Assembly: GCA_910586195.1 (NCBI GenBank)
Contig: CAJUHO010000003.1
Coordinates: 2,529-66,528 of the forward strand
Direction: 5' to 3'
Length of the DNA stretch: 64,000 bases
DNA from: an uncultured Bacilli bacterium
Lineage (GTDB): Bacteria; Bacillota_I; Bacilli_A; RF39; UBA660
The translations under genes were made by a program, and so were the position numbers. Each line of letters starts with the position of its first letter. Within the stretch, counting starts at the first letter, position 1. The notes under the pieces were generated by a model. That model did not search any database. It had not been told where the DNA came from and saw only the letters and a program-made list of their open reading frames with translations. Below are positions 40,661-49,926 of the stretch, in pieces.

Positions 40661-41788
40661 ATGAAATTAACAATAAAAAAAGAACTATTACTTGATGCTT
40701 TAAATAAAGTAAGTAAAGCAATATCTACTAAAAACTTAATCCCTGTGTTAGCTGGAATTAGATTCGATGTTACTAAAAAGAAATTAACCTTAACTGCATC
40801 CGATAATGACATTACTATTGAAACTACTATTTTAGCAAATGATACAGAAGATTTTACAATCGAAAAAGAGGGTTCTATTATTATTCAAGGAAAATATATT
40901 TTGGATATTGTGAAAAAGTTACCAGATAAATATATTAATATTGAATTAATAGATGAATTGAAAATATTAATATATACAGAAAATAGTGAATTTAATCTGA
41001 ATGGTATTAATGAAAATGAATATCCATCTATTAATTTAGAAGAGAGTAAGAAAAAGGTTATGATTTCTAATCAAACTTTTAGAGATATTGTTATGCAAAC
41101 TTCTTTTGCTTCTTCTAATGAAGAGACAAAACCTGTACTTACTGGTATTAATTTTAATATAGTAGGGAATATATTAGAATGTAATTCAACAGATAGTTAT
41201 CGTTTAGCAAGGAAAGTTATAAAATTGGATAATAATAATGAAGAAAATTATAATATTGTTATTCCTAGTCATAACTTAGAAGAATTTTGTAAAATTTTAA
41301 ATGATGATAATGATGATATTGAAATTCATATTTTTAATAATAAAATTTTATTTAAATATCAGAATGTAAAATTTCAATCTCGTTTGATTAATGGAACTTA
41401 TCCTAATACTTCTAATTTAATGCCTACAGATTCTCTTTTAATCGTAAGTGCTAAATTGGATGATCTTTATAGTGTGATAGATAGGGCCAGTATATTGACA
41501 AGTGATCGTGAGAAAAATATTGTTACATTAGAGACTATGGATAATACTTTAATACTCAAATCTTCTTCTGCTGAAATTGGTAGAGTAGAAGAAAAAATGC
41601 AGATTGTTAAAAATAATTCAGAAAATATAAAAATATCATTTAGTGCTAAATATATGATGGAAGCATTAAAATCATTTAAAACAGATAATATTGATTTATA
41701 TTTTGTTGGAGAGATAAAGCCTATCTTGATAAAATCTAGGGATGATGAAACTTTAACCCAACTTGTGTTACCAATTCGTACTTATTAG
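40661..41788 (+). CDS. dnaN: DNA polymerase III beta sliding clamp
   Basis: Three-domain beta clamp, 375 aa, immediately after dnaA. Confidence 0.95.
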   Translation: MKLTIKKELLLDALNKVSKAISTKNLIPVLAGIRFDVTKKKLTLTASDNDITIETTILANDTEDFTIEKEGSIIIQGKYILDIVKKLPDKYINIELIDELKILIYTENSEFNLNGINENEYPSINLEESKKKVMISNQTFRDIVMQTSFASSNEETKPVLTGINFNIVGNILECNSTDSYRLARKVIKLDNNNEENYNIVIPSHNLEEFCKILNDDNDDIEIHIFNNKILFKYQNVKFQSRLINGTYPNTSNLMPTDSLLIVSAKLDDLYSVIDRASILTSDREKNIVTLETMDNTLILKSSSAEIGRVEEKMQIVKNNSENIKISFSAKYMMEALKSFKTDNIDLYFVGEIKPILIKSRDDETLTQLVLPIRTY

Positions 41789-41835
41789 TTAAAATAGTCT
41801 TGTTAAACTTATCACATCACTTGTGACTTTTACTA

Positions 41836-41862
41836 TTTTCCATTTGCTCTCATATGAGAGTT
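41836..41862 (+). terminator. rho-independent terminator after dnaN
   Basis: GCTCTCATATGAGAG hairpin followed by T8. Confidence 0.6.
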
Positions 41863-42167
41863 TTTTTTGTAAAGAATTGTGATTTTTGATTAAATATCTT
41901 TATTTTAAAGAATATGTATAAGATTTTAGTGATGTTTTACTATTAATTTACTACTTTTGAAAGTGAAATTATAACGACTTTTAAGTGTTTATGAAAAGAT
42001 ATTCAAAAAATACAATGATTTTTTATGTAGGGGATTAGAAAAATATGAAATTAATAAATTTTTAACATTTTTTGGTTATTTCCAGAAATTTCAGCAAATA
42101 TCGACTATACGTAGTGGTATGTTGGTAGTGAAAGCGACAAATTTCGCTTTCAGAAACGGGGGTTTTT

Positions 42168-42611
42168 ATGAAATATGAAATTAACGAAGGGACTTTAGCT
42201 ATTATGCCAGTAGGAGATGATACTAGTAAGGTTTTTGAGGATGAGGTACAATATGTAATTGAGCAGAAACCTTTTCAAATTATGGATGATAGTTGTAAGT
42301 ATTTTGGAAGTAGTTATAGGGGAAGAAAGGAAGGAGCCAAAAGTATTCTTGGTGACGGTTATAAAATACCAATATTAATTGAAGATAGTCGTAATATTGT
42401 ATTTTTTCCTACGATTTCACCACAAGATAGTGAATGTATTTGGCTTGCCTCTAATAAAATAGAAAGACTTGACTATATTGATGAATTAAATTCCAAGGTT
42501 ATATTTAATAATGGTCAGGAAATTATCATCCCAATTTCTTATCGTTCCTTAGAAAATCAGCTACTTCGTGCAACTAGGCTAGAGTCTGTCGTTAGAAACC
42601 GAAAAAAATAA
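42168..42611 (+). CDS. comK: ComK-family competence transcription factor
   Basis: 147 aa; strong ComK blocks CKYFGSSYRGRKEGA, IVFFPTISPQDSECIWL and IPISYRSLENQLLRATRL; GGGGG RBS. Confidence 0.8.
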   Translation: MKYEINEGTLAIMPVGDDTSKVFEDEVQYVIEQKPFQIMDDSCKYFGSSYRGRKEGAKSILGDGYKIPILIEDSRNIVFFPTISPQDSECIWLASNKIERLDYIDELNSKVIFNNGQEIIIPISYRSLENQLLRATRLESVVRNRKK

Positions 42612-42726
42612 TAAGAATATGCAAAATTAAGTGCATAAATGCCCATATTATGCTATAATAGTCATGTAGGTATAGGAATATTAATACAGGGATAAGGTGA
42701 TAATATGGGTCTTTTTTTGGTGATTT

Positions 42727-43836
42727 ATGATTTTAGATAGGATTAGTCTTTATAATTTTAGAAATTATCATAAAATAAATCTTCAGTTAGGACCGAATAT
42801 GAATATTTTTATTGGTCAAAATGCTCAGGGAAAAACAAATATTTTGGAAGCGATTTCCATATTAGCTCTGACAAAATCTCATAGAAGTGGTGTGGATCCT
42901 AACTTAATTAAAATAGGGGAAGAGAAAGCCATTTTAAAAGGAAAAGTGAAAGATAATAAAATTATTAATAATTTAGAAGTACAACTTGTAAATGCAAATA
43001 AGAAAATTATAGTTAATAATAGCAATATTAAAAAATTAGCAGATTATATTTCTTATTTAAATATTATTATTTTTACACCAGATGATTTGGAGTTAATTAA
43101 AGGTTCTCCTAGTATTAGAAGAAATTTTTTTAATATTGAATTGAGTCAATTATCAAAAACTTATTTAAATACCTATAATGAATATAATAAAATTCTAAAA
43201 ACTCGGAATGAGTATTTAAAATTATTATTTACAAGTAGTTTGGCTGATAAAAACTATTTGAATATTTTAACAGATACTTTAGTAGAGAAAGCAATTATTG
43301 TATATCAAGAACGTAAAAAATTTATAGATTATATTAATGAAAATTTAAGTAATATATTCTATGATATTGCAAATCAAAAGGAATTACGAATACAGTATGT
43401 AACAAATTTACATTTTGATCAATTTGATTATGATACCATTAGGAAAAAAATGTTGGATACCTTTCAGCATAATTATGAGAAAGAGTTAAATTATAAAATG
43501 ACATTATATGGTCCACATCGTGATGATTTTATATTTTATTTAAATGAAATTGATTTAAAATTTTTTGGTTCTCAAGGACAACAGCGGCTAGCTGTTATTG
43601 CTACAAAGTTATCAGAAATTGGGATTTTTGAAAGTATTTGTCATACAAAGCCAATTCTACTTTTAGATGATATATTTAGCGAGCTTGATTTACAAAAGAG
43701 AAAGAAATTACTTAAGTATATTCATAATGATTTACAAAGTGTTATTACTACAACAGATTTAAAGAATATTCAAAAAAAGTTTTTAGAAAATGCCAATATT
43801 TATGTTGTAGAAAATGGAAATGTTTATAGAAAGTAG
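42727..43836 (+). CDS. recF: DNA replication and repair protein RecF
   Basis: Walker [10 protein letters not shown], signature FGSQGQQR, Walker B LLLDDI; extended -10 TGCTATAAT upstream at 42651-42659. Confidence 0.95.
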   Translation: MILDRISLYNFRNYHKINLQLGPNMNIFIGQNAQGKTNILEAISILALTKSHRSGVDPNLIKIGEEKAILKGKVKDNKIINNLEVQLVNANKKIIVNNSNIKKLADYISYLNIIIFTPDDLELIKGSPSIRRNFFNIELSQLSKTYLNTYNEYNKILKTRNEYLKLLFTSSLADKNYLNILTDTLVEKAIIVYQERKKFIDYINENLSNIFYDIANQKELRIQYVTNLHFDQFDYDTIRKKMLDTFQHNYEKELNYKMTLYGPHRDDFIFYLNEIDLKFFGSQGQQRLAVIATKLSEIGIFESICHTKPILLLDDIFSELDLQKRKKLLKYIHNDLQSVITTTDLKNIQKKFLENANIYVVENGNVYRK

Positions 43837-43844
43837 GGAAGAAA

Positions 43845-45761
43845 ATGGAAGAGAAAAAATATGATTCATCTGCAATTCAAGTTTTAGAAGGATTAGAAGC
43901 CGTTCGAAAACGTCCAGGGATGTATATTGGAACTACTAGTTCGCGTGGACTTCATCATTTAGTTTGGGAAATTGTGGATAATGCAATAGATGAAGCTTTA
44001 GCAGGTTTTTGTTCTCATATTGAAGTTATTGTGGGAAAGGAAAATACCATTACAGTTAAAGATGATGGACGTGGTATTCCAGTAGATATTCATCCTAAAA
44101 CAAAAAAAAGTACAGTGGAAACAGTTTATACCGTTTTACATGCTGGTGGAAAATTTGGTGGCGGTGGATATAAGGTGTCTGGTGGTCTGCATGGAGTTGG
44201 TGCCAGTGTTGTTAATGCCTTAAGTAGTTGGTTAGAAGTTAGGGTTTATAAAGATGGAAATGTTTATTATCAGAAGTATAGTAATGGTGGGCACCCTGAA
44301 GCACAACTTACAGTGATTGAAGAGTGTGCAAAAGAAAGAACAGGAACTACGGTAACTTTTAAGCCAGATCCAGAAATATTTACAGAAACGACAATCTATG
44401 ATTATGAGATATTGAAAACAAGATTACGTGAATTGGCTTTTTTAAATAAGGGGCTTCGTATTTCTTTATTTGATGAAAGAGAAGTTGATAGAAAAGATTC
44501 TTTTTATTATGAAGGTGGCTTAAAGGAGTATGTATCTATGTTGAATACTTCTAAGAATCCTATTCATGATACTATCATTGATGTAGAAGGTATCGATAAG
44601 GATATTTCTTTAGAGGTTGCTCTTCAATATAATGAAACATATAATTCTAGTATTTACTCTTTTGTAAATAATATTACAACTCCAGAAGGTGGAACGCATG
44701 AGGATGGAGTAAGACGTGCTTTGACTAGAATTCTTAATAAGTATGCTGTTGCTAATGGTATCTTAAAGAATAATGATGATTCACTAACAGGGGATGATGT
44801 ACGAGAGGGTCTTACTATGATTATCTCTATTAAGCATCCAAATCCCCAGTTTGAAGGACAGACAAAGACGAAACTTGGAAATGCAGAGGTTAGAGGGGTT
44901 GCTGATAAGATTTTTTCTGCGACATTTGAACGTTTTTTAATGGAGCATCCAGATGAAGCAAAAATTATTGTAGAAAAGGGAATGACCGCTTCTCGTGCTA
45001 GAGTTGCCGCTAAAAAGGCTCGAGAGCTTACAAGACGTAAGGGTGATTTGGATATTACTAATTTCTATGGAAAATTATCTGATTGCAAGAGTAAAGATGC
45101 TTCAGAAAGTGAAATTTTCTTAGTCGAGGGGGATTCAGCAGGAGGTTCTGCTATTAAAGGTAGAAATAGTATTACACAGGCGATATTGCCACTTCGTGGA
45201 AAAATTTTAAATGTAGAAAAGGCAAGACTTGATAGAGCTTTGTCGAATGAAGAGATTCGTACTATTATTACAGCATTTGGAACAGGAATAGGAGACGATT
45301 TTGATTTGAGTAAGCTTCGTTATCATAAAATTATTATTATGACCGATGCCGATGTAGATGGTTCTCATATCCGAGTACTTCTTTTAACGCTATTTTACCG
45401 GTTTTTTAGGCCTATTGTGGAAGCTGGACATGTATATGCTGCCCAACCTCCATTATTCGTCATAAAACACGGGAAAACGATTAAATATGTGTTGAATGAA
45501 CAAGAAAGAGATGAGTATTTAGCAACTCTTGCTCCTAATACGAAATATGAGATTGCTCGTATGAAAGGTTTAGGAGAGATGGATGCTGAGGAGTTAAATG
45601 AGACAACAATGGATATTGAAAAGAGAGTATTAAGACAGATTACAGTTGATGATGCGATGCTTGCAGATGAGACTTTTTCAAAACTTATGGGAGAAGAAGT
45701 AGAACCACGTCGTAATTTTATTGAAGAAAATGCTGTATATGTTGAGAATTTGGATGTTTAG
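43845..45761 (+). CDS. gyrB: DNA gyrase subunit B
   Basis: GHKL ATPase, Toprim EGDSAGG and C-terminal tail. Confidence 0.97.
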   Translation: MEEKKYDSSAIQVLEGLEAVRKRPGMYIGTTSSRGLHHLVWEIVDNAIDEALAGFCSHIEVIVGKENTITVKDDGRGIPVDIHPKTKKSTVETVYTVLHAGGKFGGGGYKVSGGLHGVGASVVNALSSWLEVRVYKDGNVYYQKYSNGGHPEAQLTVIEECAKERTGTTVTFKPDPEIFTETTIYDYEILKTRLRELAFLNKGLRISLFDEREVDRKDSFYYEGGLKEYVSMLNTSKNPIHDTIIDVEGIDKDISLEVALQYNETYNSSIYSFVNNITTPEGGTHEDGVRRALTRILNKYAVANGILKNNDDSLTGDDVREGLTMIISIKHPNPQFEGQTKTKLGNAEVRGVADKIFSATFERFLMEHPDEAKIIVEKGMTASRARVAAKKARELTRRKGDLDITNFYGKLSDCKSKDASESEIFLVEGDSAGGSAIKGRNSITQAILPLRGKILNVEKARLDRALSNEEIRTIITAFGTGIGDDFDLSKLRYHKIIIMTDADVDGSHIRVLLLTLFYRFFRPIVEAGHVYAAQPPLFVIKHGKTIKYVLNEQERDEYLATLAPNTKYEIARMKGLGEMDAEELNETTMDIEKRVLRQITVDDAMLADETFSKLMGEEVEPRRNFIEENAVYVENLDV

Positions 45762-45774
45762 GAGGTAAGGTATA

Positions 45775-48228
45775 ATGGATAGATTAGAAAAGAATAATAT
45801 TGTAAATGAGATTCGAAATTCCTTTTTAGAGTATTCTATGAGTGTTATTGTAGCACGTGCATTACCAGATTTACGTGATGGACTTAAACCAGTTCATCGT
45901 AGAATTCTATATTCAATGTATGAGTCTGGTTATACGCCTGATAAACCTCATAAAAAGAGTGCAAAAACTGTCGGAGAAGTTATGGGGAATTACCATCCAC
46001 ATGGGGACTCTAGTATTTATGAAGCTATGGTTCGTATGGCACAGGATTTCTCCTATCGTTATATGTTAGTAGATGGTCATGGTAACTTTGGTAATATCGA
46101 AGGTTACGGTGCAGCGGCTATGCGTTATACAGAGTCTCGTCTTTCTAAGATTTCGTTAGAACTTCTTAGAAATATTAATAAAAATACTGTTGATTTTGTA
46201 CCAAATTTTGATGAGACAACAAAAGAACCTACTGTTTTACCTTCTCGTTTTCCTAACATTTTAGTAAATGGAACGATGGGAATTGCAGTTGGTATGGCTA
46301 CTAATATTCCTCCCCATAATTTGGGAGAAGTGATAGATGGGTGTATTGCTTATATTGATAATCCAGATATTGATGTTGATGGTTTAATGAAATATATTAA
46401 AGGTCCTGATTTTCCTACTGGTGCTACAATCCTTGGAAATAGTGGAATAAGAAAGGCTTATGAAACAGGACGAGGTAGTATTACTATTCGTAGTAAGGCA
46501 CGAATTGAGGAAGATAAAGGAAAACATTATATTATTGTTGATGAGGTTCCATATGGAATTAATACTCTTGATTTAAAAAATAAAGTAGCGGATTTAGTTC
46601 ATAATAAGGTTATTGATGGTATTGCAGATTACCATACTGATTTAAAAGATGGTATTAAGATTACTATTACTTTGAAAAAAGATGCTAATCCTCAAGTAGT
46701 ACTTAATAACTTATATAAACATACCGCCTTTCAAAATAATTTTGGTATTATTTTCTTAATGTTAGATCAAGGTGTTCCAAAAACTCTTGGATTGAAAGAT
46801 ATTATCTCTAAATATGTGGATTATCAAAAGGAAATTATTATTCGCCGGACAAAGTTTGATTTGGCTAAGGATGAAGCTAGGGCCCATATTTTAGAGGGAT
46901 TAAAGATTGCACTTGATCATATTGATGCCATTATTGCATTAATTAAGGCTTCTAAAAGTGATGAAGAGGCTATGAATGGTCTGATGAGTAAGTATCATCT
47001 ATCAGAAGCTCAATCTCAGGCAATTTTAGAGATGAAATTAAGAAGATTGACTGGATTAGAACGAGATAAGATTGAAAATGAACTTGCTGCTTTGCTCGCT
47101 GAGATAGAGGAATTGAAATCGATTCTTGCTAGTGAAGAGAAAGTATTACAGATTATTAAGGATGAAATGACGGAAATTAAGAATAAATATGGTGATGAAC
47201 GTCGCACTGATATTGATATGACTGCTATTGAATATATTGAGGATGAATCATTAATCCCTGTAGAAGATATTATTGTTACTTTGACGAATAATGGCTATGT
47301 TAAAAGATTAAAGTCAGATACTTATCGTGCACAAAATCGAGGTGGCGTTGGTGTTAAGGGTATGGCAACTAATGAAGAAGACTTCGTAAAACATCTCATT
47401 AATATGAAAACACATGATTATATTCTTTTCTTTTCAAATAAGGGAAGGGTATATCGATTGAAAGGATATGAAATACCAGAATTTAGCAGACAATCTAAAG
47501 GACTGCCAATTATTAATTTGTTATCTTTAGATAAAAACGAAAACATTAGTTCGATTGTTAAGGTAGCTGCAGAGAGTGAAGAAAATAATTTCTTATTATT
47601 TACAACGAAAAATGGTTTAGTTAAACGTACGGCAATGGAAGAATTTGATAGTATTCGTAGAGGTGGAAAGATTGCTATTATTTTAAAAGATGATGATGAG
47701 TTGATTAATGTTTCTAAAACAAATGGTGAGAATGAAGTTGTTTTAGGTGCAAGTAATGGACGAATGGTACGTTTTAATGAACAGGAAGTTAGAGTAATGG
47801 GAAGAGGTACTTCTGGTGTTAGAGGTATGGATTTAGATGGTAGTCATATTGTTGGTGCAGAAGTTGTTACGCCAGAGCAATTAATTTTAATTGTAACGGA
47901 AAATGGTTATGGAAAACAAACTGAGATTAATGAGTATCGTTTAACTCATCGTGGTAGTAAGGGAGTAAAGGCTCTTAATGTTACAGAAAAAAATGGAAGC
48001 ATGGTAGCACTTAATTGTGTGGATGTTACAAAGGAACAAGATTTAATTATTGTCAGTGATAGTGGTATTGTTATGAGGATGCCATTAGAACAAGTTTCTA
48101 CATTGAGAAGGGCAACACAAGGAGTTAGATTGATTCATTTGAAAGATAATCAAAGGGTAGCAACTGTAACAATTGTGGAAAAAGAAAAATCAGAGGATAT
48201 AACAGAAGAGGAAAAAGTGGAAAACTAA
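45775..48228 (+). CDS. gyrA: DNA gyrase subunit A
   Basis: Active-site Tyr region [24 protein letters not shown]-terminal beta-pinwheel repeats. Confidence 0.97.
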   Translation: MDRLEKNNIVNEIRNSFLEYSMSVIVARALPDLRDGLKPVHRRILYSMYESGYTPDKPHKKSAKTVGEVMGNYHPHGDSSIYEAMVRMAQDFSYRYMLVDGHGNFGNIEGYGAAAMRYTESRLSKISLELLRNINKNTVDFVPNFDETTKEPTVLPSRFPNILVNGTMGIAVGMATNIPPHNLGEVIDGCIAYIDNPDIDVDGLMKYIKGPDFPTGATILGNSGIRKAYETGRGSITIRSKARIEEDKGKHYIIVDEVPYGINTLDLKNKVADLVHNKVIDGIADYHTDLKDGIKITITLKKDANPQVVLNNLYKHTAFQNNFGIIFLMLDQGVPKTLGLKDIISKYVDYQKEIIIRRTKFDLAKDEARAHILEGLKIALDHIDAIIALIKASKSDEEAMNGLMSKYHLSEAQSQAILEMKLRRLTGLERDKIENELAALLAEIEELKSILASEEKVLQIIKDEMTEIKNKYGDERRTDIDMTAIEYIEDESLIPVEDIIVTLTNNGYVKRLKSDTYRAQNRGGVGVKGMATNEEDFVKHLINMKTHDYILFFSNKGRVYRLKGYEIPEFSRQSKGLPIINLLSLDKNENISSIVKVAAESEENNFLLFTTKNGLVKRTAMEEFDSIRRGGKIAIILKDDDELINVSKTNGENEVVLGASNGRMVRFNEQEVRVMGRGTSGVRGMDLDGSHIVGAEVVTPEQLILIVTENGYGKQTEINEYRLTHRGSKGVKALNVTEKNGSMVALNCVDVTKEQDLIIVSDSGIVMRMPLEQVSTLRRATQGVRLIHLKDNQRVATVTIVEKEKSEDITEEEKVEN

Positions 48229-48395
48229 AAGTCCACTTTTTTTGTGGAAAAGTAAAATAATTAGTTGCTTTTTTTTATGAGTTATATTAAAATGTAATCG
48301 GTACAATGAATATGTTGGAACTAGGTCAGGATCGGAAGATAGCAGCCTTAACAAATTTTATTCATGTGTACCATTTTTTATGGAGTGAATTATCT

Positions 48396-48860
48396 ATGTA
48401 TAATGAGAAGTTTATGAAGGTGGCAATTGAAGAGGGGAAAAAAGCTTTATTATGCGATGAAGTACCTATAGGTGCTGTTATTGTAAAAGATGATAAAATT
48501 ATTTCCCAAGCATTTAACAGAAAAAATAAAAGTAATATAGTAACTAGGCATGCAGAGATCATCGCAATTGAGGAAGCTAATCGTATTTTTAATAATTGGC
48601 GTTTGTGTGATTGTGATATATATGTAACTTTAGAGCCCTGTCCGATGTGCATGAGTGCTATACAGCAAGCTAGAATAGCTAATGTTTATTATGGATTATC
48701 AAATAGGAATCAGGAAAATAGAGATATAATTAGTGTTATTGCAGGAAAAAGTCATATAAATCCAAGTGTAAATTTATCTGGAGGTTATATGAGCAAGGAA
48801 GTATCATTACTAATGACATCTTTTTTTAAGAAAAGACGAATTATTAGCGATGATAAATGA
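48396..48860 (+). CDS. tadA: tRNA-specific adenosine deaminase TadA
   Basis: HAEIIAIEEA and PCPMC zinc-binding CDA motifs; start chosen at MYNEKFMKVAIEEG, the ORF-track start 48306 being probably too early. Confidence 0.85.
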   Translation: MYNEKFMKVAIEEGKKALLCDEVPIGAVIVKDDKIISQAFNRKNKSNIVTRHAEIIAIEEANRIFNNWRLCDCDIYVTLEPCPMCMSAIQQARIANVYYGLSNRNQENRDIISVIAGKSHINPSVNLSGGYMSKEVSLLMTSFFKKRRIISDDK

Positions 48861-48875
48861 AAGTAATTACTTATA

Positions 48876-49824
48876 AATTATTTCCCGGGAAATAATTTTT
48901 TTAATTCTATGTCCTTAATTATTTTAATTTTATGGAGTTTTTGTATTAGAATTATTTCCCAAAAAACAATCGTATTATTTGATTATAATCATATATTTAT
49001 ATTAATATGATTTTCTTTTCTACTGATTATAAGTATTGAATTTAATGTTTCACGTGAAACATTAAACCATATAATAAATAAATTAGCATCATAAAATGAT
49101 AAAAATTATTTCCCGGGAAATAACTTTTTTAATTCTATATCTTTAACTGTTTTATATTAAAAGAAGTTAAATATAATAATTTTCTTAATTTTTTTATTTT
49201 ATGGTGTTTATAAACTTAAAGACACAATGTATTTTAATATTAGAATTATTTCCCAAAAACAATCGTATTGTTTAATTATAATCATATATTCATATTAATA
49301 TGGTTTTCTTTTCTATTGATAATAAGCATCCAATTTAATGTTTCACGTGAAACATTAAACTATATTAATAGGTAAATTAGTTTCATAAAACGATAAAAAA
49401 TTATTTCCCGGGAAATAATTTGGTACTTCTTATATGATTTACTATTGTTTATTATGATTATATTCATATTAGTATGTTATGTTTTTTTTGATAATAAGCA
49501 TCCAATTTAATGTTTCACGTGAAACATTGAACTATATTAATAGGTAAATTAATTTCATAAAACGATAAAAAATTATTTCCTGGGAAATAATTTGGTACTT
49601 CTTATGATTTACTATTGTTTATTATGATTATATTTATATTAGTATGTTATGTTTTTTATTAATTATAAGCATCTGATTTAATGCTTCATATGAAAGATTG
49701 AACTGTATTAATAGGTAAATTAGTTTCATAAAATAATAAAAATTATTTCCCGGGAAATAATTTTTGCGTGTTATATCGATGGAATAATTAATGTTTCACG
49801 TGAAACATTAATTATTTTTTTTAG
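48876..49824. repeat. tandem array of at least four degenerate 175-290 bp units, each holding two perfect palindromes: P1 AATTATTTCCCGGGAAATAATT and P2 AATGTTTCACGTGAAACATT
   Basis: P1 at 48878, 49105, 49400, 49573 (one mismatch) and 49745; P2 at 49046, 49339, 49510, 49790, with a degenerate copy near 49678; the DNA between palindromes is also conserved between units; P1 is usually followed by a T-run. Confidence 0.85.
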
Positions 49825-49926
49825 AGATATTAAAAAATATTTTTTTGTTTGAAATAAGTATAATAATTCAAATAAATTGTGATATACTTAATTGGACAAG
49901 TTATATAATGTAAGGGGAGTGATTGA

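Noticed and set aside
48229-48305. Possible DnaA box TGTGGAAAA after gyrA
   Set aside because: Single isolated copy overlapping a weak hairpin; more likely part of the gyrA terminator than a functional DnaA site.
48876-49824. CRISPR array hypothesis for the palindromic repeats
   Set aside because: The sequences between the palindromes are themselves conserved between units (tandem duplication), repeat lengths and spacing are irregular, and no cas genes are nearby.
48861-49926. SRP RNA (scr/ffs) expected between tadA and dnaX
   Set aside because: Scanned for the conserved domain IV motif (GGUC/AGGAAGCAGC-like) and GC-rich helices; the region is almost pure AT repeat DNA with none of these.
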